From Planctomycetota bacterium (GTDB lineage Bacteria > Planctomycetota > SZUA-567 > H5-PLA8), in the NCBI GenBank assembly GCA_026184295.1, contig JAHCJK010000003.1, positions 14,226 through 78,225 of the forward strand: a stretch of 64,000 nucleotides of DNA, written 5' to 3'. Every line of letters starts with the position of its first letter. Positions within the stretch are counted from its first letter, which is position 1. Shown here piece after piece: positions 20,501 to 28,862 of this stretch. Made by a program: the position numbers and the translations under genes. The notes beneath the pieces are model-generated. The model was not told where the DNA came from. It was given only the letters and a program-made list of their open reading frames with translations, and ran no database searches.

Positions 20501-21146
20501 CGCGCACGAGCACCGTCGCGCGCACCGGTCCGGGAGCCTCGACCGAAATCGATTCGATCTGCACGGCGCCGGTCTCGCGCTTGGCCTCCGGATCGGCGCA
20601 GAGGAAGCGGTTGAAGGGAAAGGCCCGGCCGCTGGTCCCGTCGTCGATGCGCGACGTCTCCACCACCAGGCGCGCGGGCTTGCCCGCCGCGACGACGGTC
20701 TTGCCGCCGATCGCCAGTTCGTCCACGACGCCCTGGCCGTTCTTGTTGATGGAGGCCGTCACGCCGCCGCCGGTGACGCGCGCGTCCGCGCCGTTCAGCG
20801 CCACGGCCATCGGGTCGTTGACCGCCGCGCGCGCGACGCCCGCGCCGTATTCCAGCATCAGGTTCTGCCCTTCTTTGGGCGTCAGCACCGCGTCGATGAG
20901 CGCCCACTTCACGCTCCCGTCGGGCCAGACCGCGTGCTTCGCGACCTGGCAGGGAATCTCCTTCTTGTCCGCGCCGAGCAGCCGCACGTGTTCGACCGAA
21001 TCGAGCGCGCCCTTGGGGAACGGGATGCCGCCCGTCACCGGCACGGCTTCGCCGCCGTCGGTCACTTCGACGCGCAGCGGCACCTGTTCGGCCGCCCACG
21101 CATGGGTGAGGACTAGGGCCAGGAGGACGGCGGCGGCGGTTCGCAT
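17520..21146 (-). CDS. large secreted protein (1208 aa), possibly polysaccharide-active, family unrecognised
   Basis: The signal peptide is MRTAAAVLLALVLTHAWA. The ORF is long and clean. It sits beside other carbohydrate-utilisation genes. Confidence 0.75.
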   Translation of the reverse strand: MRTAAAVLLALVLTHAWAAEQVPLRVEVTDGGEAVPVTGGIPFPKGALDSVEHVRLLGADKKEIPCQVAKHAVWPDGSVKWALIDAVLTPKEGQNLMLEYGAGVARAAVNDPMAVALNGADARVTGGGVTASINKNGQGVVDELAIGGKTVVAAGKPARLVVETSRIDDGTSGRAFPFNRFLCADPEAKRETGAVQIESISVEAPGPVRATVLVRGFLLLPSFGATLPKEVKDREPAGRMPFSMRLSFYRGSAIVTGQHQIIFSGEPDCDFIQRWGIEWPGCAGTSGTLVLEPGVELRGVPGAMKVAPEPSRLCWAPVQGGFALIRQGWQHRPCAITQENGSAWIDFWPRAAGAWDLRRYAREWAVGESGDLRNPDDLLRFAKYAARGMAKSHDFAMHFGSAAQPGPAPAAVKELSERALLVAPPGWYAKTEALGPIAPKQETGAYAALDAEITRRADYYLYCQDLYRWHGKLVYGFFQSRFGEVHRHDRWDNDYGRWGWALNDGAGRFGHVLMLQFLRTLDRRYFDAGEAFGRINYDTNMVHTVQHLENCKGWWTATGASHRHNVQPFGCPYVGMRGSYPVGQRIQHLLTGDGVMADGLDLVADASFRYASGEGSRLCNSGGSDGQGSASNALLWKYETTGDKKYLDACRKILDLSGLVPPKEGKGLGYGPSFGLFNAAGEYADLSGDKAFQDRVVELARQGAKDKNATTFAYAIAMGARFSKDEALKAKLEEMLKKEAASEGRGLAELPAKDWPGHGGFRTPEFPANLYRDVPTGLGVLVGPGNLEWPKAAAGSPPAPALPPADWYKPGGAQAAGERVPAAKELLALKPGEKPGDLSGGGVTWPAQKALADDMEVGGAHPLAAPIEGYVMLDNGKLETLRAEVTGIGAGAHGGVIATAKAGPATLVFKLAPAQADGVASVRVEAACQVPQGSGRVASWGLKIPCKLSGKGTAVMSTAPGRFRLERCRLDQNDEKIPSWLSAMEGREKLPHWPLWREAGIQAGPGLHYRIWHANRADTSPVYVDQGEGPCAWFDLTDRGGAQRWGVTARVLRAEATAADLSRLAVRANMETGVLLVQFHDEAAEPQSEAAGAAGLSGACDLIFHDGWRPPLSKPELTQAQYDRFIDDANIGESYGLNALRFTLSDTHKVKGREWMVKIRDLGVEPRELLYGMQGGDVLSTLCQKAGVAFDANDVEGTVKRVVEHYRK

Positions 21147-21305
21147 GGGGAATCCCCGGATCGCATGAGAGGTCGGCGGCCGGTGGCCGCCCGTACCTGT
21201 TTACCCCCGCGCCGCCCCGCGCGCGACGGCATTGCTTTGCATTACGCGAGATTCGTGCGCGCGAGGCGGGATCGGGGTCCCGAACCGGCGCGCGTGCGCT
21301 ATGTC

Positions 21306-23162
21306 ATGGAGCAGGATCGCCCCGGCGCGCGGGCCGTCAAGAGCGACGCGCGGGGCACGACGCCATTCATCCCGGAGGCACGCATGCCGACGCTTTCGCT
21401 GGAACCCGCCGGACTGGCCCGCCTGGACAAGGAATGGGCTGCGCACGTGCGCGCGCACGCGGCCGAGCAGCACCCGATCCACACCGCCACGCTGCTCCCG
21501 CTCGAACGTCTGGCGGTTGCGCCCAGAATCCCGGCCGCGCCGCTGGGTCTCGACGATCCCGCGTGGGAGCAGGCCGCCGACGCCGGACCTTTCTTCCACG
21601 AACGCGAGGAGGAAGGTTTCGCGCCCGGCACCGAGGCGCGGCTGGCGTTCGACGAGACGCACCTTTATGTACGCTTCGAATGCGCGGGCGCGCCCGGACG
21701 GACGGCGTTCGAGACCCACTGGTACAACGCCGACACCGTGGAACTCTTCCTCGATCCCGCGCACGACCACCGCGGGTACTTCCAGTTCGCGATCACCGCG
21801 GGCGGGCACCGCGCCGCCGGGCGCGCCACGCGCCCGCTGGACAGCATGCGCTGGGAAAACAAGCGCAAGGCCGAAGCGGTTCCCGACGAAGCCTGGCGCG
21901 GCGAAGTTCAGATCACGCGCGAGGGCTGGCGCGCGCAGTTCGCGATCCCGCTGGAACTGCTGGGACGCGCGCCCGGCGACCGCCGGCCGCTGGGCCTGAA
22001 CCTCGGGCGCGGCATCCGCAAGGACGGCTGGTCGTACCTGCTCTGGAATGCCACCGGCGCCGGCCCGCACGCGCCCTGGGGCTTCGGGCAGTTGGTCCTG
22101 GGCGAATGCCCCGCCGTCCACGCCGAACAGATCGACCTGGGCGAACTGCGGCTCTGGCAGAACCGCGGGACGCTGTGGCTGCGCAACCTCTCCGGTCAAA
22201 CGCTGGGCGCGAACCTGACCGTGCGCGTGGCCAACGGCGAACACGAAGAGGAAGCGTTCTTCACCGGGTTCTCGAAAGTGCCTCTGGAGGCCGCGTCCGA
22301 GCGCCAGCGGTTGGACTTCGCCTTCCCGTTCAACCCGGAGGACTACCGCTGGCAGCACCTGCATCTGGACCTGCGCGACGAGGCCGGCGCGTCCCTGTGG
22401 AGCGCGGCGTACCGCTTCGGGCGCGGGCAGGGCTGGCTCCTGCAACTCGACGACCGCCGCGACGGTCCTCCCTGCCCTTCCCCGGCGCCGGGCGAGATCG
22501 ACTTCATGCGCAAGAAGCGGGCGTTTATCATGCGCCGGCTGCCGCGCTTCGTCCGCCTGTCCACCGCGCAGGGCGCGCCGAGCGATTTCACGCTTCAGGC
22601 CGAGGACGGCTCGGTCGCGTTCAACCTCATGCGCCCGGGCGAACTGCGGCGCATCGCGGAGTTCGTCTACGCGCGCTTCGAGAACGACGTGGACCGGCTG
22701 CTCGGGGCGCTGTTCTTCGTCCATCAGCCGGCGGTGATGACCTACGCGAACAGGCCGAGCGAACTCGCGGGCTCGCTCGGGGCGCTATCGGTGCTGCGCA
22801 TGGGCTGCGGGCAGTGCTGCTGCTTCGCCGCGGCGCTGTGCGGCGTGGTCGAAAGGATGCCGTGCGAGGAGACCGGGCGGACGTACCGGGCGACGCGCGT
22901 CTGCGTGCCGGGGCACGTCACCACCGTGGTCGAATACCGCGGCAAGCGCGTGCACCTGGACCCCTCGCTGGGGCGCTTCTACTACCTGCGCGACGACCGG
23001 ACGCTGGCCTCGATGGAGGATTTGCTCGCCGATCCCTCGCTGGCCGCGCGCGCGGGCCGGCATCTCGATGCTTTCCACCGCAAGGCGGCGCTGAACCCCG
23101 AGGCGCCGACGTACTACCCGCCCGAGCGCGGCGTCTGGCCGCACGGCGCGCCCGCCGAGTAG
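21306..23162 (+). CDS. CBM9-like (family 9 carbohydrate-binding-like) domain plus transglutaminase-like cysteine protease domain protein
   Basis: The N-terminal region (DDPAWEQA...THWYNADTVELFLDP...YFQFAIT) resembles the CBM9-like/DOMON-like fold. The C-terminal region contains GCGQCCCFAAALCG and a downstream His, which is transglutaminase-like. The start codon is uncertain; the first ATG at MEQDRPG was used. Confidence 0.6.
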   Translation: MEQDRPGARAVKSDARGTTPFIPEARMPTLSLEPAGLARLDKEWAAHVRAHAAEQHPIHTATLLPLERLAVAPRIPAAPLGLDDPAWEQAADAGPFFHEREEEGFAPGTEARLAFDETHLYVRFECAGAPGRTAFETHWYNADTVELFLDPAHDHRGYFQFAITAGGHRAAGRATRPLDSMRWENKRKAEAVPDEAWRGEVQITREGWRAQFAIPLELLGRAPGDRRPLGLNLGRGIRKDGWSYLLWNATGAGPHAPWGFGQLVLGECPAVHAEQIDLGELRLWQNRGTLWLRNLSGQTLGANLTVRVANGEHEEEAFFTGFSKVPLEAASERQRLDFAFPFNPEDYRWQHLHLDLRDEAGASLWSAAYRFGRGQGWLLQLDDRRDGPPCPSPAPGEIDFMRKKRAFIMRRLPRFVRLSTAQGAPSDFTLQAEDGSVAFNLMRPGELRRIAEFVYARFENDVDRLLGALFFVHQPAVMTYANRPSELAGSLGALSVLRMGCGQCCCFAAALCGVVERMPCEETGRTYRATRVCVPGHVTTVVEYRGKRVHLDPSLGRFYYLRDDRTLASMEDLLADPSLAARAGRHLDAFHRKAALNPEAPTYYPPERGVWPHGAPAE

Positions 23163-23255
23163 GCGCGCGCCGCAATGGTCTGGACAGGCGCGGCGAAAAA
23201 GAGCAAACTCGCGTGGGACGCGGGTGAGCGGCGCCGGGCAAGGGAGCGTACGACC

Positions 23256-24347
23256 ATGCAAAAGGTGTTGCTGCTGGGCGCCGGCAAGATCGGCGGGGCC
23301 ATCGCGAAATTTCTTTCGCACAGCGGCGGCTACGACGTGGCCGTCGGCGACGTGGACCAGGGCGCGCTCGACCGCATCTCCGCGAGCGCCAAGGTCAAGA
23401 CCGTCAAGCTGAACGTCTCCGACTCCGCGGCGCTCAAGGCCGCGATGAAGGACCGCCAGGCGGTGGTCTCGGCCTGTTCCTACGACGCCAACAAGGCCAT
23501 CGCCGAAGCCGCGCTCGCCAGCGGCGTGAGCTACTTCGACCTGACCGAGGACGTCGCGACGACGAAGGCGATCAAGGACTTCGCCGCGCGCGCCAAAGAC
23601 GGCCAGATCTTCATGCCCCAGTGCGGGCTCGCGCCGGGCTTCATCTGCATCGTCGCGCACGAACTCTCGCTCGGCTTCGAACGCCTGGACGAAGTGCGCA
23701 TGCGCGTCGGCGCGCTGCCCAAGTTCCCGTCCAACGCGATGAAGTACAACCTCACCTGGTCCACCGACGGGCTGATCAACGAATACTGCAACCTGTGCGA
23801 AGCGATCCACGAGGGCCGCCAGATCGACATCCTGCCGCTCGAAGGCCTCGAACACTTCTCGCTCGACGGGATCGACTACGAAGCCTTCAACACCTCCGGC
23901 GGCCTGGGCACGCTCTGCGAATCGCTCAGCGGCAAGGTGCGCATGCTCAATTACAAGACCGTGCGCTACACCGGGCACCGCGACCTGATGACCTTTCTCG
24001 TCAACGGCCTGCGCCTGTCCGAACGCCGCCCGATCCTGAAGGACATCCTCGAAAAGTCCGTCCCGATCACGCTGCAGGACGTGGTGCTGATCTTCTGCAC
24101 CGTCACCGGCTGGCGCGGCGGATACCTCGAACAGGTGACGGACGCGCGCAAGATATACCACGGCGAGATGTTCGGCGAACACTGGAGCGCGATCCAACTC
24201 ACCACGTCCGCGGCGCTGTGCGCCGTGCTGGACCTGCACGCCGAAGGCAAGCTGCCGACGAAGGGCTTCGTGAAGCAGGAGCAGGTCCGCATGGCCGACT
24301 TTCTGGCCAACCGCTTCGGGAAACATTACAGCGCCCCGGCCTCGTGA
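23256..24347 (+). CDS. saccharopine dehydrogenase family NAD(P)-binding protein
   Basis: A Rossmann motif LLLGAGKIGG at the N-terminus and overall similarity to LYS9/saccharopine dehydrogenase-like proteins. Confidence 0.8.
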   Translation: MQKVLLLGAGKIGGAIAKFLSHSGGYDVAVGDVDQGALDRISASAKVKTVKLNVSDSAALKAAMKDRQAVVSACSYDANKAIAEAALASGVSYFDLTEDVATTKAIKDFAARAKDGQIFMPQCGLAPGFICIVAHELSLGFERLDEVRMRVGALPKFPSNAMKYNLTWSTDGLINEYCNLCEAIHEGRQIDILPLEGLEHFSLDGIDYEAFNTSGGLGTLCESLSGKVRMLNYKTVRYTGHRDLMTFLVNGLRLSERRPILKDILEKSVPITLQDVVLIFCTVTGWRGGYLEQVTDARKIYHGEMFGEHWSAIQLTTSAALCAVLDLHAEGKLPTKGFVKQEQVRMADFLANRFGKHYSAPAS

Positions 24348-24492
24348 CGTTCCGGGCTTGCAATCCCAGCGCAACCAACGATCAATTAAGGCATTACAGG
24401 AACCCGGACGGACTCCGCGGCGGGCGCATTTTTCCCCCCGTCCAGGACGTAACGGCGGCGGCATTCCGGCCATAGGTTGACGGAAGGAACGC

Positions 24493-25020
24493 ATGAGCGC
24501 GCAGCGGGACGAGCGGTTCGCCGAGATGCTGGAGACGACGCAGGCGCACGTCCGCGCGTACATCGCGGGCCTGGGCGTGCCGCCGGTGGACGTGGACGAC
24601 CTTGCGCAGGAGGTGTACCTGGAAGTCTACCGCAACATGGAGGCCATCCCCGCGGACCTGGAACCGATCCGCTGGCTGAAGGGCATCGCGCGCAACCTCT
24701 GCATGAACCACTTCCGGCGCGAGACGCGCCGCAAGCTGAAGACCCAGTTGGAGTCGTTGATCGAACACCTGGACCGCACGCCCGCGACCTTCGACGACGT
24801 GGAAGCGATGCAGGAAGCGCTGCGCGCGCTGGACGGCTGCATGGAACAGCTTTCGGAGAAGAACCGCGAGATGATCCGGATGCGCTACCGCGACGGCAGG
24901 ACGTCCGAATCGATCGCCGAAGCCTTTGCCACCACCGCGGAGGCCGTGCGCATCACGCTCTTCCGGCTGCGCGGCAAACTGAAGGAATGCGTCACGCGGC
25001 GCCTGGAGCCCCACGGATGA
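24493..25020 (+). CDS. ECF RNA polymerase sigma factor (sigma-70 family)
   Basis: Region 2 'DLAQEVYLEVYRN' and region 4 'MIRMRYRDGRTSESIAEAFATTAEAVRITLFRLR' are present. The stop overlaps the next gene's start (ATGA). Confidence 0.85.
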   Translation: MSAQRDERFAEMLETTQAHVRAYIAGLGVPPVDVDDLAQEVYLEVYRNMEAIPADLEPIRWLKGIARNLCMNHFRRETRRKLKTQLESLIEHLDRTPATFDDVEAMQEALRALDGCMEQLSEKNREMIRMRYRDGRTSESIAEAFATTAEAVRITLFRLRGKLKECVTRRLEPHG

Positions 25021-25433
25021 GCGTGAGCGACGGCCTGCTCGCGCGGTTTCTGGAAGACCGCGAGAGCCTGAGCGAGACGGAATTCGACGCGCTGCTGGCG
25101 GCGCTGAAGGCCGACGCGGCGCTCTCGAAGGCCCTCAAGGACCTGCTCGTCATTGACGGGCTCTGCGCGCAGACGCTGGCGCCCGACCGCCGCGGCTTCA
25201 AGGCGCAGGTGGCCCAGCGCCTGCGCGACCTGGAACGCGGCCGCGCGCTCGAAGCCGGCGACGTGGTCAAACGCTTTCACGCCCGCCCCGCGCCGCGCCG
25301 GCTGGCCCGCTGGGGCGCGCTGGCCGCCGCGGCCTGCGCGGTGTCGCCACGCTCTGGCTGGTCAGTGCAGCCTTCGTCGCCGCTCGACGAACGCGCCGCG
25401 CGCCCGATCGTCCGGCAACAACGCCGGGCGTGA
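25017..25433 (+). CDS. anti-sigma factor N-terminal segment (sigma-binding plus TM)
   Basis: It is translationally coupled to the sigma factor and contains a hydrophobic segment WGALAAAACAV. It may be one gene with the following FecR ORF through a frameshift or an overlapping GTG start. Confidence 0.5.
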   Translation: MSVSDGLLARFLEDRESLSETEFDALLAALKADAALSKALKDLLVIDGLCAQTLAPDRRGFKAQVAQRLRDLERGRALEAGDVVKRFHARPAPRRLARWGALAAAACAVSPRSGWSVQPSSPLDERAARPIVRQQRRA

Positions 25434-26404
25434 CGCTCCGGCGCGCGGGCTCCGAACTGCCCGCGGGTTCCGCCGCGCCCGTGCTGAGCGGCGACACGAT
25501 CGTGAATCCCACCGAATCCCCCGCGGAGCTTGCGCTGCACGGGGAGGACTCGCGCATCGCGCTCAAGCCCGACTCGAGCCTGACGCTGACCCGCGCCGAG
25601 GACGGCGCGCGCGTGGAACTGCTGCGCGGCGCGCTGCACGCCCGCCTGGCTCCGCAGGACCCGCGCCGCCCGGTGCGCTTCGTCACGCCCTACGGCGAAG
25701 CGCAGGTGATCGGCACCGAACTGAACCTGGAACTTCGCGCCGGCGACGCGCGCCTGGAAGTGCGGCACGGCCTCGTGCGCGTGACCCGCAAGGAGGACGG
25801 CGAGACCATCGTCGTCGCGGCCGGCCAGGCGGCGAACGTCGGGCCCGGGCGCGAACTCGTCGCGCTGGCCATCGCCGGGCCCGCGCCGGGCGAGGCGGAG
25901 CCTTCCACGGAAGGCGTCCCGCCGGGCTACACGGCTTCGCCCTGGCGTTCGATCTTCGACGGCCGGACGCTGAACGGCTGGCAGCAGGACAAAGGCCGCT
26001 GGATCGTCGAGGACGGCGCGCTGGTCGCGACGACCGAGCAGAGCCTCGAACAGGCCGCGCTGATGCATGCGGAGGACTTCGCCGACTTCGAGCTGCGCTT
26101 CTCGTATTTCGTGGAAGGCAATGCCTATCTGGAATTCCGCGACCGCGTCTCGGAGCTGGGCAGTTTCCAGTATTCGGCGCGGGAGAAGAATCACACGAAG
26201 TGGCGCGCCTGCCGCATCCGCATCGCGGGCCGCGCCGGCGCCGCGGAGATCGACGGGAAAACCGTGCCGTACGAAGCCGCCGGCGACATCTCGCAGCCCG
26301 GGAAGATCCGCTTTTACGTCCAGAACCGGGGGACCGGCATCGTGACGCGCCTGCGGGTGAAGGACGTGGAGGTGCGCACGCTCAGCCGCAGGGCGGAAGA
26401 GTAG
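25430..26404 (+). CDS. FecR-domain protein with C-terminal LamG-like DUF1080 (3-keto-disaccharide hydrolase-like) domain
   Basis: A FecR-like beta-region (VRFVTPYGEAQVIGTELNLEL) is followed by the DUF1080-like IFDGRTLNGWQQ...GRWIVEDGAL. The GTG start overlaps the upstream stop. Confidence 0.7.
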   Translation: MTLRRAGSELPAGSAAPVLSGDTIVNPTESPAELALHGEDSRIALKPDSSLTLTRAEDGARVELLRGALHARLAPQDPRRPVRFVTPYGEAQVIGTELNLELRAGDARLEVRHGLVRVTRKEDGETIVVAAGQAANVGPGRELVALAIAGPAPGEAEPSTEGVPPGYTASPWRSIFDGRTLNGWQQDKGRWIVEDGALVATTEQSLEQAALMHAEDFADFELRFSYFVEGNAYLEFRDRVSELGSFQYSAREKNHTKWRACRIRIAGRAGAAEIDGKTVPYEAAGDISQPGKIRFYVQNRGTGIVTRLRVKDVEVRTLSRRAEE

Positions 26405-26406
26405 CG

Positions 26407-26856
26407 CTATGCGCCCGGCGGCGTCCGCGGCGGCGGTTCGTTCAGCACCATCCAGTAGACCTGCAAATGCCCCACCGCCTGGACGAACTCGCTGAAGTTC
26501 ACCGGCTTCTGAATGTAACTGTTCGCGCCCTGGTCGTACCCCAACTGCAAGTCTTCCTGCTCCTTGCTGGACGTCAGGATCACGACGGAGACCAGGCGCG
26601 TGCGCGGGTCGGCCCGGATGCGCCGCAGCACCTCATGCCCGTCGATCCGGGGGAGGTGCAGGTCGAGCAGGATCAGGGTCGGCAGCGCATGCTCCGACTG
26701 CGCGTACTCGCCCTGGTGGAAAAGGTAGTCCAGCGCCTCCTGGCCGTCGCGGACGACCACCACTTTGTTGGTGACCTTGCTTTTCGAGAGCGCGCGCAGG
26801 GTCAGCAGCTCGTCGTCGGGGTTGTCCTCCACCAGGAGGATGGTTTTGTCCGTCAT
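26407..26856 (-). CDS. response regulator receiver protein (CheY-like, single domain)
   Basis: LLVEDNPDD, the phospho-acceptor Asp in LILLDLHLP and a conserved Lys region (IQKP) are present. The start overlaps the kinase stop. Confidence 0.85.
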   Translation of the reverse strand: MTDKTILLVEDNPDDELLTLRALSKSKVTNKVVVVRDGQEALDYLFHQGEYAQSEHALPTLILLDLHLPRIDGHEVLRRIRADPRTRLVSVVILTSSKEQEDLQLGYDQGANSYIQKPVNFSEFVQAVGHLQVYWMVLNEPPPRTPPGA

Positions 26857-27992
26857 GACGGGTTCTCCTGCCGAGCGAAGGTGAAATAGAACGTCGCGCC
26901 CTGGCCGACGGCGGATTCGGCCCAGATTTTTCCGCCGTGCCGCAGCACGATCCGCTGCACGGTGGCCAGGCCCACGCCGGTGCCGGGAAACTCGCTCTCG
27001 CGGTGGAGCCGGTGGAAGACCGAGAAGAGTTTCGTCGCGTGGGCCATGTCGAAGCCCGCGCCGTTGTCGCGCACGAAAAAGGCGTGGTCGCCGTCGATCT
27101 GCGCCTGGCCGAACTCGATGCGCGCGTCCCCGCGCTTGCCCGTGAACTTCCACGCGTTGCCCAGCAGATTGTCGAGCACGATGCGGATCAGCCCCGGATC
27201 CCCGAACGCGGGCAGCGGCGCGGCCATGACGAGTTCCACCTTCCGGCCGGGCTGCTGCTGCTGCAGGTCGCCGAAAATCTCCGCCGCCACCGGGCGCATG
27301 TCCACCTGCGTGGGCCGCAGGGCGCTGCGGGTGACGCGCGAGAGGTTCAGCATGTCGTCCAGGAGGTGCCCCATGCGCCGGGTCGCGCCGCATACGCGGT
27401 CCAGGTAGCCCTTCCCGGTATCGTCGAGGCTGCCGGAATAGTCTTCGAGCAGCACCTGGCTGAAACCGTGAATGCTGCGGAGCGGCGCGCGCAGGTCGTG
27501 CGCCACCGAATAGGAGAACGACTCGAGTTCCTTGTTGGCCTCTTCCAGGTCGCGGGTGCGCTCCTTCACGCGCTGTTCCAACTGGTTGCGCGCCTCTTCC
27601 AGGGCCTCGTCGCGCGCCTGAATCTGCGCGAGCATCTCGTTGAATTTTTCCACCAGCAGCCCGGTCTCGTCGCCGCCGTGCTTGCGCGCGCGCAGCGAGT
27701 AATCCTTCTTTTCCGAGACCTGCCGCGCGATCTCGGCGAGTTCCACCAGCGGCGCCGAAAACGGCTTTTGCAGGAGCGACGAGAGCACCAGCGCCAGCAG
27801 CGCCATCAGCGCCACCACGCCCGCGAAGGTCCACGCGTACGCGGCGGTCCAGTCGCGCAACTGGGAATAGTCGGAGCGCACGTAAATCGTCCCGATGCGT
27901 TCGCCTTTCAAAAGCACGGGGCCGTAGTACTCCAGGTGCCCGCCCTTCGCGATGCCGTCCTCGCGCGGCTTCCCGGGCGCGCCCTCGGCCAC
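26853..27992 (-). CDS. sensor histidine kinase (TM2-HAMP-DHp-CA core)
   Basis: The H-box is SYSVAHDLRAPL. N, G1 and G2 boxes are present (LGNAWKF, DNGAGF, GTGVGL). HAMP and a TM helix lie upstream. Confidence 0.85.
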   Translation of the reverse strand: MAEGAPGKPREDGIAKGGHLEYYGPVLLKGERIGTIYVRSDYSQLRDWTAAYAWTFAGVVALMALLALVLSSLLQKPFSAPLVELAEIARQVSEKKDYSLRARKHGGDETGLLVEKFNEMLAQIQARDEALEEARNQLEQRVKERTRDLEEANKELESFSYSVAHDLRAPLRSIHGFSQVLLEDYSGSLDDTGKGYLDRVCGATRRMGHLLDDMLNLSRVTRSALRPTQVDMRPVAAEIFGDLQQQQPGRKVELVMAAPLPAFGDPGLIRIVLDNLLGNAWKFTGKRGDARIEFGQAQIDGDHAFFVRDNGAGFDMAHATKLFSVFHRLHRESEFPGTGVGLATVQRIVLRHGGKIWAESAVGQGATFYFTFARQENPS

Positions 27993-28044
27993 CCCCGGCG
28001 CACGTGTAGGACGCGACAGAGCTTTCCGTCCGGCTGTAAAGGGG

Positions 28045-28305
28045 TCAGGCGGCTTCCACCGAGGGCTTTTCGGAAAAGGAGGAGAGCGTGTCCTCGGCCG
28101 CCCGCGCGTCGTCGAAGGTGAGCGCCGCGGTGGTGTTCATCGCGGCCGCGCGCGCCAGCGAGCCCAGGTCGCGTTCCATCAGCTCTTCCATCGCGTCGTG
28201 TTCATAGCCGAACAGGATCAACCCGGAGACCAGGATGGCCGTGACGCTGACCGCCATGATCGTCGTGACCAGTTTCCATTTGATGGAGAGGTCGCGCAGG
28301 CGCAT
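28045..28305 (-). CDS. N-terminal fragment of the same histidine kinase (TM1 plus start of the sensor domain), in a different frame
   Basis: It begins MRLRDLSIKWKLVTTIMAVSVTAILVSGLILF (TM1). The frame ends 50 bp before the kinase-core ORF, and a +1 shift joins the two. Confidence 0.4.
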   Translation of the reverse strand: MRLRDLSIKWKLVTTIMAVSVTAILVSGLILFGYEHDAMEELMERDLGSLARAAAMNTTAALTFDDARAAEDTLSSFSEKPSVEAA

Positions 28306-28307
28306 CG

Positions 28308-28844
28308 TCACTCGCCTTTCGCATTCACGATCTTCGCAAGGCGCAGCAGTTGCGCGGCGATCTTCAGGCCCGACTTCTTCGCCGCGTCCGGGTTGATGTC
28401 GAAGGCGACCTTCTGATCGCGCAGCACGAACCGCACCATGCCGCCGGCCTCGATGAAGGCGTCCTGTTCGCCCACGGTCAGCGTCGGCGTGCCCGCCAGC
28501 GCCTTCATGGCCTTCTCGAGCGACTCGCCTTTCAAGCCGACGAAAAGCACGTGCGCCTCGCGCGCTTCCGAAGCGTCCTTGTATTTCCGGACGATGACCC
28601 GGTGCCCGTCCACCTCGCGGTCCGCGGCGGTGTTTTCCAGCGCCGGCCCGAACGGATTGTCGCCCAGCGTGCCGAGCACCAGGGGCGTCTTCTTGTCCGG
28701 AAACGCGGCCTTGGGCCATTCGACGAATTTGGCGAAATTGAGCATGCAGCCGGCCTTGACCCGGTACTCGAGCGAGTCTTCGGCGCGGGCGAACGGGCTG
28801 GCGCTCAGCGCGAACAGCAGAAGGATGCTCGTGACGGCCCGCAT
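28308..28844 (-). CDS. DUF4154 / YfiR-like periplasmic protein
   Basis: Signal peptide MRAVTSILLLFALSASPFARA. The 178-aa product is YfiR-like (EYRVKAGCMLNFAKFVEWP). It sits between the TonB-dependent receptor and the kinase. Confidence 0.8.
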   Translation of the reverse strand: MRAVTSILLLFALSASPFARAEDSLEYRVKAGCMLNFAKFVEWPKAAFPDKKTPLVLGTLGDNPFGPALENTAADREVDGHRVIVRKYKDASEAREAHVLFVGLKGESLEKAMKALAGTPTLTVGEQDAFIEAGGMVRFVLRDQKVAFDINPDAAKKSGLKIAAQLLRLAKIVNAKGE

Positions 28845-28862
28845 GATTTGTTCGGCACGCTC

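Noticed and set aside
15609-21116. Long antisense or alternate-frame ORFs (15609..17261 -, 17155..19242 -, 17832..21116 +, 19306..21099 -)
   Set aside because: They overlap the CobA/HemD fusion and the 1208-aa secreted protein, and their translations are dominated by R, G, A, D and H.
21201-24563. ORFs 21201..22724 (-), 21434..23227 (+), 22785..24563 (-)
   Set aside because: Alternate frames of the CBM9/transglutaminase and saccharopine dehydrogenase genes, with low-complexity translations.
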